Origin: an uncultured delta proteobacterium | GTDB taxonomy: Bacteria; Desulfobacterota; Binatia; Binatales; Binataceae | Length of the DNA: 64,000 bases | NCBI GenBank assembly: GCA_963842085.1 | Contig: CAWJET010000001.1 | Location: forward strand, 2,912,001 to 2,976,000 | Direction: 5' to 3' | In this document: positions 61,804-64,000 of the stretch, in pieces | Layout of the letters: the number at the start of each line of letters is the position of its first letter | How positions within the stretch are numbered: the first letter of the stretch is position 1 | Notes under the pieces: generated by a model | What the model was told of the DNA's origin: nothing | What the model saw: only the letters and a program-made list of their open reading frames with translations | The model's database searches: none | Position numbers and translations under genes: made by a program

Positions 61804-63072
61804 TTACGCCGCGCTGTCTGCGGTGCGTTTCCCATTGGTGAGCCGGTCGAACAACGCGTCGAAATCCTTCAGCCGCGCGTCGATGATCGACGGCTGCTCG
61901 ATCGCGTTGGCAACCGCCTCGAGCGTCTTGTAGCCGTTGCCGGTTATCGACACGACCACGGTTTCGTCGGCCTTGATGCGTCCCTGTTTGACCAGCTTGA
62001 GCGTGACCGCGAGCGTGGTGCCGCCGGCGGGCTCGGCGAAAATTCCCTCGGTGCGCGCGAGCAACTTGATCGCGTCGATGATCTCCGGGTCGGTGGCGAC
62101 GTCGCCCCATCCGCCGGAATCGCGCACCGCCTTGAGCACATAGAAGCCGTCGGCCGGATTTCCGATCGCGATCGATTTCGCGATCGTGTCGGGCTTCACC
62201 GGCGTTATCAGGTCAGTGCCCTTGTGCAGCGCGTGGATAACCGGCGCGGAGCCGGCCGCCTGCGCGGAATGAATCTTGAACTCGCCGCTCTTGATTAGCC
62301 CGACCTCCTTCAGCTCCTTAAATGCCTTCGCGACTTTCGGCAGAATCGTCCCGCCCGCGGTTGGCACCACGATATGGTCCGGCAGCCGCCAGCCGAGCTG
62401 CTCGGCGACTTCGAAGCCGAAAGTCTTTGCACCCTCGGTGTAGAACGGACGCAGGTTGATATTGACGAAGGCCCACCCGTACTTGTCCGCGATCTCGCTG
62501 CACAGCCGGTTGACGTCGTCGTAGTTGCCCCGAATCGTGATCACGCGCGCGCCGTAAATCGTCGAGCCGACGATTTTTCCCGACTCCACGCCTTCGGGCA
62601 TGAAGATGTAGCATTGCAGTCCCGCGCGCGCCGCGTGCGCCGCCACCGCCGTCGCCAGGTTGCCGGTCGACGCGCAGGATACGGTGGTGAAGCCGAACTC
62701 GCGCGCCTTGGTGATTGCCACCGACACGACGCGGTCCTTGTACGACAGGGTCGGATGGTTGACGGTGTCGTCCTTGACGTAGAGATGCTCGAGCCCGAGA
62801 TCCGCGCCCAGCCGCTTGCAATGCAGCAGTGGGGTGAAGCCGGAGTTGGGGCCGACGACCTCGTTCTCGTTGAAATCGACCGGCAGCAATTCGCGATAGC
62901 GCCACAGATTGTGCGGACGTCTCTCGATTATCGAGCGCGAGAGCGCCGCGCGAATCCGCGCGTAGTCGTAGGTGACCTCGAGCGGACCGAAGCACGTCTC
63001 GCAGACGTGGAGCGGGCTTATCGGATACTCCTGGCCGCATTCGCGACACTTCAAATTGGTGATGTAGCTCAT
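61804..63072 (-). CDS. thrC: Threonine synthase-like PLP enzyme (possible O-phosphohomoserine sulfhydrylase)
   Basis: CRECG...CETCFGPL zinc ribbon, HPTLSYKDR, CASTGNL, EGAKT, SIAIGNPADG, EGIFAEPAGG, ITGNGYKT. Confidence 0.85.
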   Translation of the reverse strand: MSYITNLKCRECGQEYPISPLHVCETCFGPLEVTYDYARIRAALSRSIIERRPHNLWRYRELLPVDFNENEVVGPNSGFTPLLHCKRLGADLGLEHLYVKDDTVNHPTLSYKDRVVSVAITKAREFGFTTVSCASTGNLATAVAAHAARAGLQCYIFMPEGVESGKIVGSTIYGARVITIRGNYDDVNRLCSEIADKYGWAFVNINLRPFYTEGAKTFGFEVAEQLGWRLPDHIVVPTAGGTILPKVAKAFKELKEVGLIKSGEFKIHSAQAAGSAPVIHALHKGTDLITPVKPDTIAKSIAIGNPADGFYVLKAVRDSGGWGDVATDPEIIDAIKLLARTEGIFAEPAGGTTLAVTLKLVKQGRIKADETVVVSITGNGYKTLEAVANAIEQPSIIDARLKDFDALFDRLTNGKRTADSAA

Positions 63073-63089
63073 CGTTTCCTCGATTCCTG

Positions 63090-63797
63090 TTACTTGCCCG
63101 GCGCTTGCGCCTCGCGACGGTCGGGCTTCCACGCGCCGCAGCCGCATCCACGGCGCGGACTAACCGCCGCGATTCGCACCCGGGCCGGGCCGGACGCGTC
63201 GTACGTGAGAATTTTTCCTGAGAGCAACGGTGTTTGCGCGCGCATCGCGCGCATCGCCTCGGACGCCTGTATCTCGCCAATCGCGCCCGCGACCGGCCCG
63301 GCGATCCCAGCCTCGCGGCAACTCTGGATTTCGTCCTCATCGGGCGCCGTCTCGAACACGCAGCGGATACACGCCGTCTCGCCCGGGATCACCGTCATCG
63401 CCTGCCCGGTCATCCCGACCACGCCGCCATAAACGAAGGGCGTCCGCGCCGCGATACACGTGTCGTTGATCAAAAGTTTCGCGGCCGGACTGTCCGTCGC
63501 GTCGATAACAAAGTCGTGTGCGGCGACCAGACGCGCCGCGTTGGACGCGTCGAGCGCAACCGCATGCCGCTTGACGTTGAGGTCAGGAAACCGCTCGGCG
63601 AGCCATCGTGCGGCAGCGTCGACCTTGGGCGTGCCGATATCGACGGGACGATAAATCACCTGGCGCGCGAGATTAGACAGCTCGACCGGGTCCGGGTCGA
63701 CCAGTGTCATCCCCCGAGCACCGGCGCGCCCGAGCGCCCACGATGCGGGGACGCCAAGTCCTCCCAAGCCAACGATCAGTATTCGTTCCGTTGCCAC
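63090..63797 (-). CDS. moeB: ThiF/MoeB adenylyltransferase (E1-like) lacking the N-terminal RYSRQ segment
   Basis: IVGLGGLG, DPDPVELSNLARQ, GTPK, DATD, CIRC, SCREAG, C-terminal CGC; an in-frame TGA lies 15 codons upstream of GTG 63797. Confidence 0.88.
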   Translation of the reverse strand: MATERILIVGLGGLGVPASWALGRAGARGMTLVDPDPVELSNLARQVIYRPVDIGTPKVDAAARWLAERFPDLNVKRHAVALDASNAARLVAAHDFVIDATDSPAAKLLINDTCIAARTPFVYGGVVGMTGQAMTVIPGETACIRCVFETAPDEDEIQSCREAGIAGPVAGAIGEIQASEAMRAMRAQTPLLSGKILTYDASGPARVRIAAVSPRRGCGCGAWKPDRREAQAPGK

Positions 63798-63905
63798 GTC
63801 AGTCGCGCCTCTCCCGTCTTGTCGAGAGCCGCAACGCCGTCAGTGCCTATGGGAAGCCGGTGAAAATCCTGCGATGGCGATAAGACGAGGGCTTAATACA
63901 CTCGC

Positions 63906-64000
63906 CTTATCTTCCAGGAGACTCTCGCGCGGAGAACCCCTGCAGGAGTTAGCACCAGCACCCATCACGGGCCGGTTGCTGCGGCATCAGCGGGCCAGTC
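63906..64000 (-). ncRNA. SAM-I riboswitch aptamer (5' end lies beyond the window)
   Basis: Minus strand reads GACTGGCCCGCTGATGCCGCAGCAACC...GGTGCTAACTCCTGCAG...CTGGAAGATAAG, the S-box consensus, upstream of a sulfur-metabolism operon. Confidence 0.92.

Overview
GC-rich Gram-negative bacterial chromosome segment. Gene content and style resemble a deltaproteobacteria-related soil lineage such as Candidatus Binatota; this is an inference and was not tested. Left third: a truncated T2SS secretin, then an envelope superoperon (lolC/E-lolD-bamA-skp-fabZ-lpxA-lpxI-GnnA-like ... lpxB-msbA-waaA-lpxK-Trm112-GT87-Kdo kinase). A roughly 6.5 kb insertion splits it, carrying a Cys-rich putative copper-handling cluster (DUF2318, three SCO proteins, a CutF/CruR-like leader peptide, a CACGC beta-barrel, TlpA, a CYCGC protein) and a sulfotransferase. 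Middle: mazEF, ridA-spoT-gmk-yicC, LPS core genes, an isolated nuoA-nuoC-nuoD block without nuoB, DUF1329, amgK-murU, menA, lpxL, SDR/TetR, a 7-PAS hybrid kinase and eutBC. Right end: a SAM-I riboswitch heads a sulfur-carrier operon (moeB, thrC-like, ubiquitin-fold carrier, cysM, NIL, degenerate moeB, HAD), followed by cysC-sat. The four most notable observations are: (1) two complementary half-E1 MoeB/ThiF paralogues that look like a bacterial heterodimeric E1; (2) a polyproline leader peptide whose codons can pair with the downstream Shine-Dalgarno sequence in the copper island; (3) a roughly 230 bp colinear element (promoter, leaderless small ORF, conserved stem) present twice; (4) non-canonical start codons in lpxA (ATA) and mazF (ACG). 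No tRNA, rRNA, CRISPR array or transposase was recognised. All family calls come from motif recognition by eye, not database searches.
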